Positions 1-12,501 of a DNA stretch of 64,000 nt are shown piece by piece; positions within the stretch are counted from its first letter, which is position 1; each line of letters starts with the position of its first letter. The DNA is taken from NCBI GenBank assembly GCA_951406725.2, contig OX597814.1:36084001-36148000 (forward strand), given 5' to 3'. Under the pieces are notes generated by a model that did not search any database, was not told the DNA's origin, and saw only the letters and a list, made by a program, of their open reading frames with translations. The translations under genes were made by a program, and so were the position numbers. This DNA is from Octopus vulgaris (lineage: Eukaryota).

Positions 1-77
1 CTCTAGTTCTGGTAATGATTCTGTTATGAGAGCCATATCATCAGCATAGAAGAGCTCCCAGGAGCAACCTGTCTTGA
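1..77 (-). mobile_element. RTE-clade LINE reverse transcriptase fragment (catalytic YADD motif)
   Basis: Reverse complement translates KTGCSWELFYADDMALITESLPELE; truncated by a (TA)n run and the window edge. Confidence 0.8.
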
Positions 78-212
78 TATATATATATATATATATATTA
101 TGTGAAATAGAAAGATGAATAATCTTGTAGCAGATTAATCAAAAGTTTAACCGATACCTTGGTAGCAAAAATCACAGCAGAAGACAGCACTGTTTTCTTC
201 AATTCACCAATA

Positions 213-272
<60 letters not shown>

Positions 273-919
273 TGTGTGTTTGTATTTATTCATTTATTTA
301 TATATTTGTTGTCTGTATGTATAAACTTCTAATTAATTTTGCTATTAAGTGAGTGTATTTTTTTTGTATATATATGCGTGCATATGTATTGTATGTCATT
401 AAGACCAATTAGCAGTATTTTTTATTAATCATTTTAAACTTCTTTGTTTTCATCAGCGTATTGATGCCTCCACTTTAACTGATGATCATTCAGCTAGTCT
501 GCAGGTTTTCTATGATGACAGTCATATCATATTATTTATTACAGGACACAATTGTCCTTCAAAAATACAATTCAATGTCTGAAAAGTGATATGGCTTTTT
601 GGCCATTCTTTTTTCAAGCACATGCCTCCATTAATTTAGTTACTTTATAAAAGTGATGACTGACTGGTCAAAAACTTTAATACATTTTTCCCATTTTGAA
701 AATTATTATTTCTTAAAACTCTTGCTTTTCATTCAATCTGTTTATAAATATTTTTATTCTCTTAGACTGATCGTACTTTGCAAATGGCTAGCTGAATATC
801 ATTTGATGAAAATGGTGCAGTTACACAATAATACAGAATTACATGATGTTATGTAATGTGTTTTGCATTGTTAATGACTAAGCATGCTATTGAAACATGA
901 GCAATGGTATTTTGAGTTA

Positions 920-1363
920 TCTCTCTATATATAAACGGCAGTTTGTCTGTGTGTGTTTCTGTGTGTCTGTTTGGTTAAGACCCCCTTCGGTCATGAATGA
1001 CCATGAGATTGCACCTAGAAAGTTACCCTCCTAGACACAAGTCCGGGCAAGGTTGTTTTTTATGGAAGACCAGCAGTCGCCCATGCATACTAGTCTCCCC
1101 TCTCCACACCACAAGTGTTATCCAAGGGAAAGACAAAGGTCGATACAGCTTGGCACAGATGGTCTAGGGGACGCAACTCGACCTTTTTAACTATCAAAAA
1201 AAAAATTTACCATCAATTTTCTTCCCATTTTTTTGCTATTTTTTGGCTATAACTCTCTAAAAATGCTTTATAGTTATTTCCCTTACAAACACGCAGCCCG
1301 GTCGGGGATTCGAGCTCACAACCTCACGATCGTAAGCTCGATGCTCTAACCACTGAGCCATGC
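920..1363. mobile_element. Interleaved chimera of a non-autonomous Helitron (+; 920-972, 1154-1290) and a family-A tRNA SINE (-; 973-1156, 1288-1363)
   Basis: Segments align to the complete Helitron at 61780-62164 and to the SINE at 22167-22491. Confidence 0.8.
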
Positions 1364-1525
1364 ATATATGAATTTGCAAAATGTCTGAGATCAGTAAACA
1401 ACTGTTTAACTTTGTGTAGATCACTATACTGCTCAGTTGAAGGATATTGCCTATCTTTATTTTTTCTTTAAAGTAATTTTTAACCTCAGATATGCAGAGG
1501 TGATCTTAAAGTAATTGTCCAAGAT

Positions 1526-1766
1526 CTTATTTCTTTACTGCACACAAAGGGCCACACACAGAGGGGACAAACAAGGACAGACAAACAGATTAAGTCGATT
1601 ACATCGACCCCACTGCGTAACTGGTACATATTTAATCGACCCCGACAGGATGAAAGGCAAAGTCGACCTCGGCAGAATTTGAACTCAGAAAGTAACGGCA
1701 GACGAAATACCGCTAAGCATATCGCCCAGCATGCTAACGTTTCTGCCTGCTCACCACCAGCTCACT
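1526..1766 (-). mobile_element. SINE family C
   Basis: Homologous to copies at 11604, 43405, 57619; 15-bp TSD gtaattg(t/g)ccaagat at 1511-1525 and 1767-1781. Confidence 0.85.
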
Positions 1767-2051
1767 GTAATTGGCCAAGATTTATTTGATTCCCATTGCA
1801 TTATATTCAACTACTCTATGATAAAATATATTCCTGTCTTGACTAACATATCTTATGGGTCATATATGAAGGTAATCAGGTTGACTAATTGGTCATATAT
1901 GAAAGTAATCAGATTATGCAGTATGACTTTCTCTATGATAGTAGGGTGTGAGTTGAGGTAGATTTAGTCTCTATATCTTCCAGAGTGAGTTATTTCATAG
2001 AGGCTTGATTTCCTTTGTTGGATCATTGGCTTGATCTCTTGTTTTGTTCCC

Positions 2052-2463
2052 TTACTCTCTTTTACTCTTTTACTTGTTTCAGTCATTTGACTGCGGCCAT
2101 GCTGCAGTACAACCTTTAGTTGAGCAAATCGACCCCGGGACTTATTCTTTGTAAGCCCAGTACTTATTCTATCGGTCTCTTTTGCCGAACCGCTAGGTGA
2201 CCGGGACGTAAACTCACCAGCATCGGTTGTCAAGCAATGCTAGGGGGACAAACACAGACACACAAACATACACACACACATATATATATAGACATATATA
2301 CGACAGGCTTCTTTCAGTTTCTGTCTACCAAATCCATTCACAAGGCATTGGTCAGCCCGGGGCTATAGCAGAAGACACTTGCTCAAGATGCCACACAGTG
2401 GGACTGAACCCGGAACCATGTGGTTGGTTAGCAAGCTACTTACCATACAGCCACTCCTGCGCC
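2052..2463 (-). mobile_element. SINE family B, full length
   Basis: tRNA-like head (TGGCTGT(A/G)TGG ... GGTTCAGTCCC), internal (TA)(TG) tract, GAGTAAAA-repeat tail; near-identical copies at 7327, 53192, 55436, 56315. Confidence 0.9.
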
Positions 2464-2899
2464 TTATTTATGAAATGATTAGAATAACATCAGTTTCGCA
2501 TTAAAGTTGTCTTTTCCTCACTGCATATGAATTTATGATAATATATTCAATGTTGACTACATGAAATAATCTAACACCAACTTAAATATTTTTCTCAGTT
2601 GGGGGTTGTGTTTTTCTTTTGCTTGACAATTTGCCAGATGTTTATAATGACACTCCTTCATTTGGTTTAATTCTGCATTCTAAAAAGACTGATAATATAG
2701 AGAAATAAGAAGATATATGATCAAAAGATATGTCTCCCTGAGGGAAATAGTTGAAATTTTCATTCTAATAAACTTTAGTCAAACAACCCTTTTAACTAGA
2801 CAGATAGCATATTCATCTTCGATCTTATTTACAACATTAATTGTTTTCCAACTTCAAAGAAACCATAACTACACTTTGCATACAATATTTATATACTAT

Positions 2900-3105
2900 G
2901 AGCCAAGAAGAGAGCCTCTAAAGTGGTCATTCAGCATGCTAGAAATAGTCACTAAATCTCCCTTAAATTTCACCAAACCATCTTAGATAAGAAGATATAA
3001 CTTGTCAGATAATATTGTCCAAGATACTGCTAAACATATCAAGATTGGAATGCTTGAGGTCATAGATCTTTTCATTCAGGGTTTACCTGAGATAACACAA
3101 CAATA
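2900..3105 (+). repeat. Old dispersed repeat (gtggtca...gctagaaatagcagccaaatctccc...aacaac family)
   Basis: Related degenerate copies near 31530-31770, 37455-37650, 38160-38220(-), 48945-49150(-). Confidence 0.55.
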
Positions 3106-3699
3106 GCAAGATGTTTATATCATAAGCCAAGAAAAAGACCTCAACAGCATGATTCCTTCTGCTAGAAAGAGCAGCCAAATCTTCAAAATCACAAAGAATC
3201 CTATGTCATCTTAATTAGGTCTGTTTAGGATTTCTTTGTTCAGTCATTAAAAATGGTATTATGTAGGTATCTGAATTGGAAGGGTTCTGCTGACTGTTGA
3301 TGCTTTTAGAAGAAAAAGCAGTGGATGGCCTCAATCTTATGGAGATTAAGTATCAGGTGGAGCCTTTTATAAGGTGCAACAGTATTGTATAAGCTGCATA
3401 GTATTGTATCAGTGTAAACTACCACAGCTTAGTCATCAGCAAACTATAAGTCCTAATCTGAGGCTGGTGATGACCAGTAGTCTTGTTTCCATCTTCCTAA
3501 TCCAGTCACAAAGCAGTGGTTGGTTGGAAGCTATAGTAGAAGACACTTGCCTAAGATGTCACATCATGGGACTGAACTGAAAACCTTGGAGTTTGGAAGC
3601 AAACTTTTCAACAATATAGCCATGCCATATAAATGTGTGTGCATATGCATGTTTAGCCAAACAGTCATCACATTTAGTAATCTATACATGTGCCTGTAA

Positions 3700-4078
3700 T
3701 TTTGCATGCGACACTTGGCTAAATTAAATCTTTTTTTGGTATGGATGGCTGTTTGGCTGGTTAGTTGGTTGATCCAAAATGAAACAACATGGAGGCGACG
3801 GCAGCACTAATAGTGTGCATGAGAATGCCTCCAAGAAGGCCACATTGTTTGTTCAGTCCACTGGCTCATTGAGAAAACTTGCTGAGCAGTGTTGGTGTGA
3901 GTGAAATAACTATGTGCCGAGAGAATTCTAAACTGATGGAAGGCAAACTCATGAGAAATGGCGGCTGTCATGCTTTATACAAATGCCAAACTGGAAACAA
4001 AAGGAAGCGTTCCATTCTAACCAGTCACAGAGTTTGACACAAAAGGTGCAACAACACAAATTCGACTGAACCATCTTT
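3700..4078 (+). mobile_element. Possible Tc1/mariner-derived remnant
   Basis: Frameshifted SLRKLA..VGVSEITM helix-turn-helix-like peptide near 3865-3915; no TSD or TIR pair confirmed. Confidence 0.35.
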
Positions 4079-4444
4079 GAAATGGAGAAATGTATATTTA
4101 CATGTAAGCCAATATCAAACACAGAGCCATTACACATGTGTGTGCTTGGGTGTATGTATGTGTTTGCGATTTCTTTTCTTAGCATTGCACAACAGTTGCT
4201 AATAAACACTAATGTCATACTTGTAGTGTCACTTGGTTGTAATCTCTGAAAACATGTCCAACATTTTTGGTGGTCTAGAAACAAATTAGGGGTTGATGCC
4301 AGGAAAGGCATTCAGCTGTAAAAAATCTGCTGCAATGAATTTCACCTGACCCATGAAAACATGGAAAAAGGGATATTAAAGCAAGGCTGACAAAATGATT
4401 ATATGTATGCATAGTGTGTGTGTGTGGGGGGATGCTCTAACAAA

Positions 4445-4573
4445 AGTTTGACTCAGCTTCCTATGGCATAAAGTTTCATGGGTGTATAGGACAAACCCAT
4501 CTCATTATATATCTGATATGATGAGTTTGTCCTTCATACCCTCAAAACTTTAAATTTTGAGATGAATCAAACT
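4445..4573. repeat. Imperfect foldback (MITE-like) palindrome
   Basis: Paired arms agtttga/tcaaact, aaagttt/aaacttt, aggacaaac/gtttgtcct. Confidence 0.6.
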
Positions 4574-4629
4574 GATTTTAACTTAGACAGGTTTTGGCTA
4601 GGATAGGCCCAGGCCAAGTCTATGTGTTG

Positions 4630-4945
4630 GGTGCCTCTTTCTTTCCTTTGTCAGAGGTCAAGGAAGTGTTTCAGTGCATGCAGCCCCTCATGGTGAGGGA
4701 TCACCATGTAAAGGCTCTGGATGTTGAGAGTGAAGAGAAGTTTAGAGGGGCCAGGAGGGAAGGAGAAAGAGTTGAACAGACGAAGAACATGGTTGGTGTC
4801 ATGGATGTGAAAATGGAGAGAAGCCACTAGGGGAGCAAGGACATGGTCAAGATATTTGGAGATAAGCTCAGTAGGGCAGTTACAGGCAGAGACGATGGGG
4901 CGGCCAGGGTTGTTAGGTTTGTGGATTTTGGGGAGGAATTCTGCC
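4630..4945 (-). mobile_element. Penelope-like element reverse transcriptase N-terminal fragment
   Basis: Translates LPKIHKPNNPGRPIVSACNCPTELISKYLDHVL...HDTNHVL...LFTLNIQSLYMVIPHHEGLHALKHFLD with a frameshift; typical PLE RT motifs. Confidence 0.85.
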
Positions 4946-5241
4946 TCATAATGATGAACTCACGTGTCATTTCTTGTGACTATTCTGCTCTTTGTTCTTC
5001 TTTGGTGTGCATTGCTGGTGGAATGGCCATGCTTACACTTTAAAACCAAAAGGAAAAACAGCAGGATCAAGCTCAAACTTCGATCACACGATCACAATAA
5101 TACCAACTATAAGCACACATGTGCACAAGGCAGTGTGACAATAATAAATATACGTTAAGGAGAAAGTATGGATAATTTTTGAAGGCAATGTGACAATAAT
5201 AAAGATATGTTAAGGAGAAAGCATGGATAATTTTTGACTTA

Positions 5242-5277
<36 letters not shown>

Positions 5278-5759
5278 GCTTCCTATAGTTTCTGACTTCC
5301 AAACTCAAAAACCCTACTCCAACAAACGGCTTTAGAATCAGACACTTGATGAAAGTACCTTACAGTGAAACTGAATCTGAAATCATGTGGTTGTTAAGTG
5401 ATCTGTATAGCTCAGAGGTAGAACTGAAGTTAACAATACTGCTGTTCAAATATAATTTTCATCTTTTATTCATTTATTTCAAATTAATGCTATAACATTT
5501 ATGTATGTGTGTGTGTGTATAAATGTGTGTGTATGTACATGTTTGAGTGTTTATATATGTGTGTCTATATGTGTGTGTTTGTATGTATGATCTGTGAAAT
5601 ACACATCTGGAGACATACTGAGTAGAAGTAGAGCTAAATATATAATCACTGTTGCCTAGTAAAATACAAAAACAAAAAATAAATGGCAATAACAGAATAC
5701 AAAAGAAATAATACATATGGATATGATGTCAAAAGAAAATGGAGGGTGGGGAAAAAGAA

Positions 5760-5800
<41 letters not shown>

Positions 5801-6373
5801 TATTTTTATGCACATACAAACACATGCACATGACCTCTCTCTCTCACACATACACACACACACACACACACATGTAATTCTAAATATATGTATAGAGATA
5901 AACACAAATAACTATGAGTAAATATATATGTAAATGCTGGCTATTATATATAAATATGATTGCGTGTACATGTGACTGTATGTAGGAATGCATGTATATA
6001 TTTGCGTATATGTATAAATGTATATATGGAGACAAGCTGGCTTAGCAGATAAGATATTGAACTTACAAACAACTGGTGTGATAAATAACTACGGTTTCCT
6101 GAGTAGGTCAAGTATATATCATGATAGATAATTTTAAAACATATAGAAGTTCCATGGAGGTTTAAGCAATGTGTAGTTGATCTGACAGACACAGTGTATA
6201 TATTTACATGATCTATGAGGTATTTAGACATGAAGGAACTTATAAGATTAAGTACATTAGGAAAATATGTTATTGTAAGTGTGTACAAATATGGCTATAT
6301 CTATGTGTGTGTTTAGACATTATTTATGTATGTACATGTAAACACACACAAATATATAAAATTGTGTATTATC

Positions 6374-6434
<61 letters not shown>

Positions 6435-6637
6435 GTCATATATGTGTATGTATATATATGTATATGTATGCATATATGTATTATGTATGTGTGTGCATGA
6501 ATATATATATATGTATATATTAAATAAAATGAGACAACAAAGCCAAGGCAGTGTGAAATTTCTAAGACATTTATAAAGAGAAAAGTAATCTTGCATCCTT
6601 ACCTGCCTTTTGAGTCTTCTGGATATCAAAACCTCTC

Positions 6638-6692
<55 letters not shown>

Positions 6693-6712
6693 TATATACA
6701 CATATATATACA

Positions 6713-6922
6713 CATCATCCTCCTCCTCATCATCATCATCGTATAACATCTGCTTTTCATGTTGGCACGGATTGGATGATTTGACTGAGGACTCCAATCT
6801 GATGATCTGGCAAGATTTTTACAGCTGGATGCCCTTTCTAATGCCAACCACGCCAAGAGTGTAGTAGGTGCTTTATATGTGTCACTGGCAAAGGGGCCAG
6901 TCTGGTGGGACTGGCATCAACC
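6713..6922 (-). mobile_element. RTE LINE 3' UTR end with (TGA)n tail
   Basis: Matches the 3' end of the RTE copy at 14117-15365. Confidence 0.8.
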
Positions 6923-7167
6923 ATGGAAGACTAGCAGTCACCCATGCATACCAGCTTCCCCTCCCCACACCATGGATGTTATCCAAGGAAAAGACAAAGG
7001 CCAGTACAGCTTGGCACCAGTGATGCTGCAAGTCATTTCTACATGTGTGTGAACTGCAACAACCTGAAATAAAGTGTCTTATTCATGAACATAACACATA
7101 GCCCAGTCCAGGAATCAAACTCACAACCTCAAGATTGTGAGCCCGACACTCTCAACACAGAGTCATG

Positions 7168-7168
<1 letters not shown>
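6923..7168 (-). mobile_element. SINE family A, partial
   Basis: Aligns to 22167-22410. Confidence 0.8.
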
Positions 7169-7204
<36 letters not shown>

Positions 7205-7258
7205 CATATATATGCATATATATATATATAAAATTTTTTTCGAAAAAAATTTTATCAA

Positions 7259-7339
7259 TGGCAGGAGTGGCATAGTGGCAGGAGTGGCATAGTGGCAGGA
7301 GTGGCATAGTGGCAGGAGTGGCATAGTGGCAGGAGTGGC
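7259..7339 (+). repeat. 17-bp tandem repeat tggcaggagtggcatag x4 plus a 13-nt partial unit at a SINE head
   Basis: Perfect units start at 7259, 7276, 7293, 7310. Confidence 0.95.
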
Positions 7340-7738
7340 TGTGTGGTAAGTAGTTTGTTTACCAACCACATGGTTCCGGGTTCAGTCCCACTGCGTGGCA
7401 CCTTGGGCAAGTGTCTTCTGCTATAGCCTCGGGCCAACCAAAGCCTTGTGAGTGAATTTGGTAGACGGAAACTGAAAGAAGCCCGTCGTATATATGTATG
7501 TATATATATGTATGTGTGTGTGTTTGTGTGTCTGTGTTTGTCCCCCTAGCATTGTTTGACAACCGATGCTGGTGTGTTTATGTCCCCGTTACTTAGCGGT
7601 TCAGCAGAGACCGATAGAATAAGTACTGGGCTTACAAAAGAATAAGTCCCGGGGTCGAGTTGCTCAATTAAAGGCGGTGCTCCAGCATGGCCGCAGTCAA
7701 ATGACAGAAACAAATAAAAGAGTAAAGAGAAAAGAGTA
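7327..7738 (+). mobile_element. SINE family B, full length
   Basis: Homologous to 2052-2463. Confidence 0.9.
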
Positions 7739-7933
7739 ATGGCCAGCATGTTAAAAAATACCTTTAAAGGTTAAAATTATAAACAACTTATAAATAAGGG
7801 CAAACGAAAAAATTTTTAATGCCAAATATGCCGAAAATTGAACATATTTTCCATTACCATATAAATTATCGCAATATGCACGCTACTCGAAAAAAAAGCC
7901 AACAGAAATTTCTAAAAAATTCCATTATTACCA

Positions 7934-7986
7934 TATCGGACCGATTTCAGGGTTAGCTCATAAGAACCCTCCCTTCGTCAGTGATA
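7934..7986 (-). ncRNA. Type I hammerhead ribozyme motif (PLE-type)
   Basis: Minus strand: tatca CTGACGA aggg...ccct GAAA tcg GTC cgata; stems I and II can form, GUC triplet. Confidence 0.65.
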
Positions 7987-8557
7987 AATGTGGCAAAGAA
8001 ATAAATGAGATACTTACTCATACCCATGGAAGAAGCAAAACACTAAGTCATGAGCACAATTAAGTACCCCAAATACATCCAAAATAGAAATACTCCAGCC
8101 CATTCAAGACACGTGCGATTTGAACTGAGGCTCTCACAGAGTGAAAGAGTCCGGAAGTGAACACTTAAATCTATATTTAATGTAGGATAAAATCTTTTTC
8201 GAAAAAAAGAATCAAAAACAACAATTCTTTTATTTCTTTCAGTCATTTGACTGCAGCCATGCTGGAGCACTGCCTTCAGTCGAACAGGACTTACTATACT
8301 GTGTAGTCAACAGAATCAAAAACTTAAATTTATTATGTCAAACATATAAACTTAATTTCTTTCCATGCTTGAGAAGACGCATCAGACTAAGTATTAAAGA
8401 AGATGCATCAAGATAAGTAAAAATTACTGTCATCCATGCAATATCGGCTTATCCTCTGCAGGTGCTAGCAAAATAAGTACATGCTTAGGGCATCAAAGGA
8501 AGTGGGGTCACTAGAGAAATGGCAACTTATTTATGGCACAAAAGAAATCTCTTTTAA

Positions 8558-8778
8558 CCCTTTCATTACTGTATTTATTTTGGGATGTTCTGTGTTTCTT
8601 TCAATTACTTTAAATATAAGAAAGAATTTAGTAAAATAACTTAGTTATCATTCAGCTCGTGTTAGGAACATAAATTGTGAGTAAGGTTTGGTGGAAGATT
8701 TGAATTCAAAACTTATGAAAAGAAGACATTTGTACTAAAAAGCCAGAGCCAGTTTCAGCCGGGTTGGTAATGAGAGGG
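8558..8778. mobile_element. piggyBac-type MITE
   Basis: TTAA at 8554-8557 and 8779-8782; 12-bp TIR ccctttcattac / gtaatgagaggg with one mismatch. Confidence 0.85.
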
Positions 8779-9099
8779 TTAAACTTGCTAGAATAATATT
8801 CAAGGTAGTGCATATGATTGGAAAGATAATTTCAAAGTGTTCATTGTGTCATAATGAGGATCTGATTGAAGATTTTACAATTAGAAAAAGTAGGAGAAAA
8901 CTTTTGAAATATAAAGTGGAAGCATAAAATGATAAAATAAACATTTTCTCCCATCCTTACTCTTAGTTTTGTTTCATTTTGAAAAAACAAAAAAACAAAA
9001 ATCATTTTATGGCTTATTATTGTTTAAATCTTGAATTACATGTATATGGTAGCACCAAAATCTTTTAAGTGCCTAGGGCCTCAATGGGTCTTCATCCGG

Positions 9100-9335
9100 T
9101 CCTGGGTGCTGGTGCCACATAAAATGCACTTGCACTGGTGCTGCGCAGATGCACCCATGCCAGCAGCACGTAATAACCATTCAGTGGTTGGCATTAGGAA
9201 GGGCATCCAGCTGTAGAAACCATGCCACAACACAATTGGAATCTGGGCAGCTCCTTAACTGGCTAGCTCCTCTCAAATTATTCAACCCATACCAGCATCG
9301 AAAAAAGATGTAAAATGATGATGATGATGATGGTG
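9100..9335 (+). mobile_element. RTE LINE 3' UTR end
   Basis: gtggttggcattaggaagggcatccagctgtagaaac ... (TGA)n tail. Confidence 0.75.
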
Positions 9336-9707
9336 GTGACTGAAATTACTACTACATGAAGAAGGCTGCAAAATGGACATCTAAAGATGTCAATTGGTGA
9401 AATAAATATGTTCGTCTCTCATACCTCCTAACTGTTATGGCTTACTTATGGACATATACATGCCATCACATTATGTTCTCCTATAATACAACCAAACTGA
9501 ACAAACAGATTCATTCTATGACCAGCAAGTGTCATAGAATCATAAAGGTGCACATGCCAATGGATTTCAAATGTATTTGAATATTGTGGTTCATGTATTC
9601 ATCTGATGAAAATGGTTCTTTTCTAATGATGTAATGTCTCCATTAATCAATTAAAAATTCATTCGAAACAGCTGTAGTGAATTGACACAGTATCCATCGG
9701 TTATTGT

Positions 9708-9749
<42 letters not shown>

Positions 9750-10150
9750 ATTGTCATCAGCTGTTTCACATGTCGTGAATATCAATTGTTCCCCTATTCC
9801 ATGTTTCCTCCATGCTGATAATGTTATAGACTAAGAAGGTTAATCCTTGCATGAAATTGGTGGAAACAAAGAAAGTAAGGCAGTGTTAGCAGTGGGTGTT
9901 GGTGGGGCAGGGTTGGTGCCACATCTTGCATTCTTCAAAGTTTATTTCAACATTTGTTTTCTTTGACCTTTGAGAAATAGTCAGTTCTGGTGGGGAGAGA
10001 GTGATGTCAATTGGAATAGATCCCTGTTTCAGATTCTCATGCTTTTATCTGAATTCCAGCTAGTTTGAGGGTTGAATTTAGCTGGTCTTTTTACAACAGC
10101 GTAAAAGACATCCTCATAATTTTTTTCCCAGTTGTAATTTACAGAAGTTG

Positions 10151-10990
10151 ACCCCTACTGGTGACAAAGGGCCTCTTGCTCAGAGTGAAAGGTAGATTGT
10201 ATGATGCAAGTGTGTGAACTGCCATGCTTCATGGCAGTGAAACATGGGCCATGACTGCTGAAGACATATGTAGGCTTGAAAGAAATGAAGCTAGCATGAT
10301 CCGCTGGATGTGTAATGTCAGTGTACAAACATGTCAGGGTGTAAGCACCTTGAGAGAAATGTTGGACATAAGAAGCATCAGATGTGGCGTGCAAGAGAGA
10401 TGTTTGCTTTGGTATGGTCTTGAACTAGAGATGAATGAGGAGAGCTGTGTGTAGAAGCGCCACTCACAAACAGTGGAAGGAATCCGGGGTAGAGGGAGAC
10501 CCAGGAAGACATGGGATGAGGTGGCGAAGCATGACTTTCAAACGTTGGGTCTCACAGAGGCAATGACAAAAGACTGAGACCTCTGGAGATATGCTGTGAC
10601 TGAGAAGACCCGACAAATAAAGCTGTAACCTACACCAGTGTCACAGAACCAGCCCACTCAAAAGTCGCTTGGATTGTAGAGTGACATGCTGTGCTTGAGG
10701 AGACCTATTGAGTCAAGTACATCAAAATCAAATCAAATCACAATCAAATGGATTTTGTAGTTTTGATCCCCATGCCAGTGACACATAAAAAGCACCATCT
10801 GATCGTGTCCAATGCGAGCTCCCTCGGGCCCCTGTGCTGGTAGCATGTAAAAAGCACCCACTACACTCTTGAAGTGGTTGGCATTAGGTAAGGCATCCAG
10901 ATGTGGAAACACTGCCAGATCAGACCTCAGTCAAACCGTCCAACCCATGCCAGCATGGAAAACGGACGTTAAATGATGATGATGATAATG
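10151..10990 (+). mobile_element. 5'-truncated RTE LINE (ORF C-terminus plus 3' UTR)
   Basis: MLHGSETWAM...RLERNEASMIRWMC...LWYG; GRGRPRKTW; (TGA)n tail; internal stops. Confidence 0.9.
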
Positions 10991-11603
10991 ATTTTAATGA
11001 GAAAATCCTTCTTTCTTCATTCTAACCATGTGACCTGACCATCATAGCCAGTATTTCATGATAGTAAATACAATACTTTAAATGTTCTTTTTTTTCTTTC
11101 TTTTTGCTTTTTTTTTTACTAAGAACAACATTATTTATTATATAGAACTCCCATTTGGTGTTTAAGAACTTTGGTTGATAGAAATGTTTCAGCTTTTTCC
11201 TAAAGTGTCCATGTTATACAACTATATGATGACACTGAGATGACAGCTTGAGAAGCCATCAGTTTAATCTTTTGGGTTTGTTCATTGTTCTTCAGTTTTC
11301 TAGGTTTCTGATGAGTTGTTCCAATTTTATGCTGCACGTACTTTTGGAAAGTACATTTGTGAAAAGGAGACTTCCAAGATGAGAAAATGAACAAATTGTC
11401 AAAGAGAGGCAGCAGAAATGGTGATGGAAATTCTTTTTGGGGTCAATTGTATGAGGCCAAAGTGATCATATGATCTGTTGCTGGCTCTGTTATATACTCC
11501 ACCATCGAAGCAATGTCTGGATTGTCTGGAAGAAGTCCAAAAAACATTACAAACACATAAGAAGCATGTAGGTGCAAGAACAGCACTACCTTAATTTATA
11601 TGT

Positions 11604-11843
11604 GAAGGAGCAAGCTGGCAGAAACATTAGTGCGCTGGGCGACATGCTTAGCGATATTTCGTCTGCCGTTACGTTCTGAGTTTGAATTCCAACGAGGTCG
11701 ACTTTGACGTTCATCCTTTCAGGGTCGATAAATAAAGCACCAATTATACACTGGGGTCGATGTAATCGACTTAATCCCTTTGTCTGTCCTTGTTTGTCTC
11801 CCTCTATGTTTAGCCCCTTGTGGGCAATAAAGAAATATATACT
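11604..11843 (+). mobile_element. SINE family C
   Basis: 13-bp TSD ttaatttatatgt at 11591-11603 and 11844-11856. Confidence 0.9.
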
Positions 11844-12501
11844 TTAATTTATATGTAACGAGGAATTGTTTAGAAAGTTTATTTTGATGTAAAATACAGC
11901 CCAATGCATTATTTTGAAGGTGCTTAAACCAGTGAAGTGAAATTATTTGTGCAGTCCAAAATGTTGAAGACCCATCAATATATCTCTTGTATTTTCCAGT
12001 TCTTATAAGACAAAGAATAATAGTTTCTGTTCCTGTTTTGCTTTTACCTTGCAGTTATCATGCTCAGAAAATCATGCCAGCTGTACTATAAGAGACATAA
12101 AAACTGCACTGAGACTTGGAAATTAAACTTTTCTATGATGGTTTGGAGAGATTTTAGAAGAATTCTTCCAAATGTTTTCCTGCAGTGAAGATCAATGGTA
12201 TTTCATGATAATTCCTACAAGATTTTTGATTACTGTTCTTGAAGATAAAAAATAACTACACCTTTAAATTCAATCAAGACTCAGTGTTTTCACATATCTT
12301 CAGGATCAAAGTTAAAAAGAACAAAAGTAGTCCCTTATGTTCCAGTAATTCAAGGACAATGTTGTCTAGACAAAGGAATTCCAAACATTTTCAAACTTTT
12401 GACATATAAATGGTTGTACAGGCATATTTTATGTAGTATGATCTTTTTATCTTGTGTCTTTTATCTATTTCAGTCACTGAGACAGAGTCCCCGTTGGGCA
12501 C

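Noticed and set aside
457-504. Possible 48-nt plus-strand exon RIDASTLTDDHSASLQ, and a strong acceptor at 12054
   Set aside because: Weak donor (gttttc), no recognisable protein similarity and no consistent gene model
5128-5237. Short tandem duplications (54 bp here; 33 bp near 1858; ~74 bp near 24660; 24 bp near 44366)
   Set aside because: Ordinary slippage duplications with no further structure
7259-7339. CRISPR-like regular repeat
   Set aside because: No spacers, eukaryotic context, and the unit derives from a SINE head
11200-11570. Possible Tc1-like transposase remnant on the minus strand (KPRKL motif)
   Set aside because: Too degenerate to support; no catalytic motif or TIR seen
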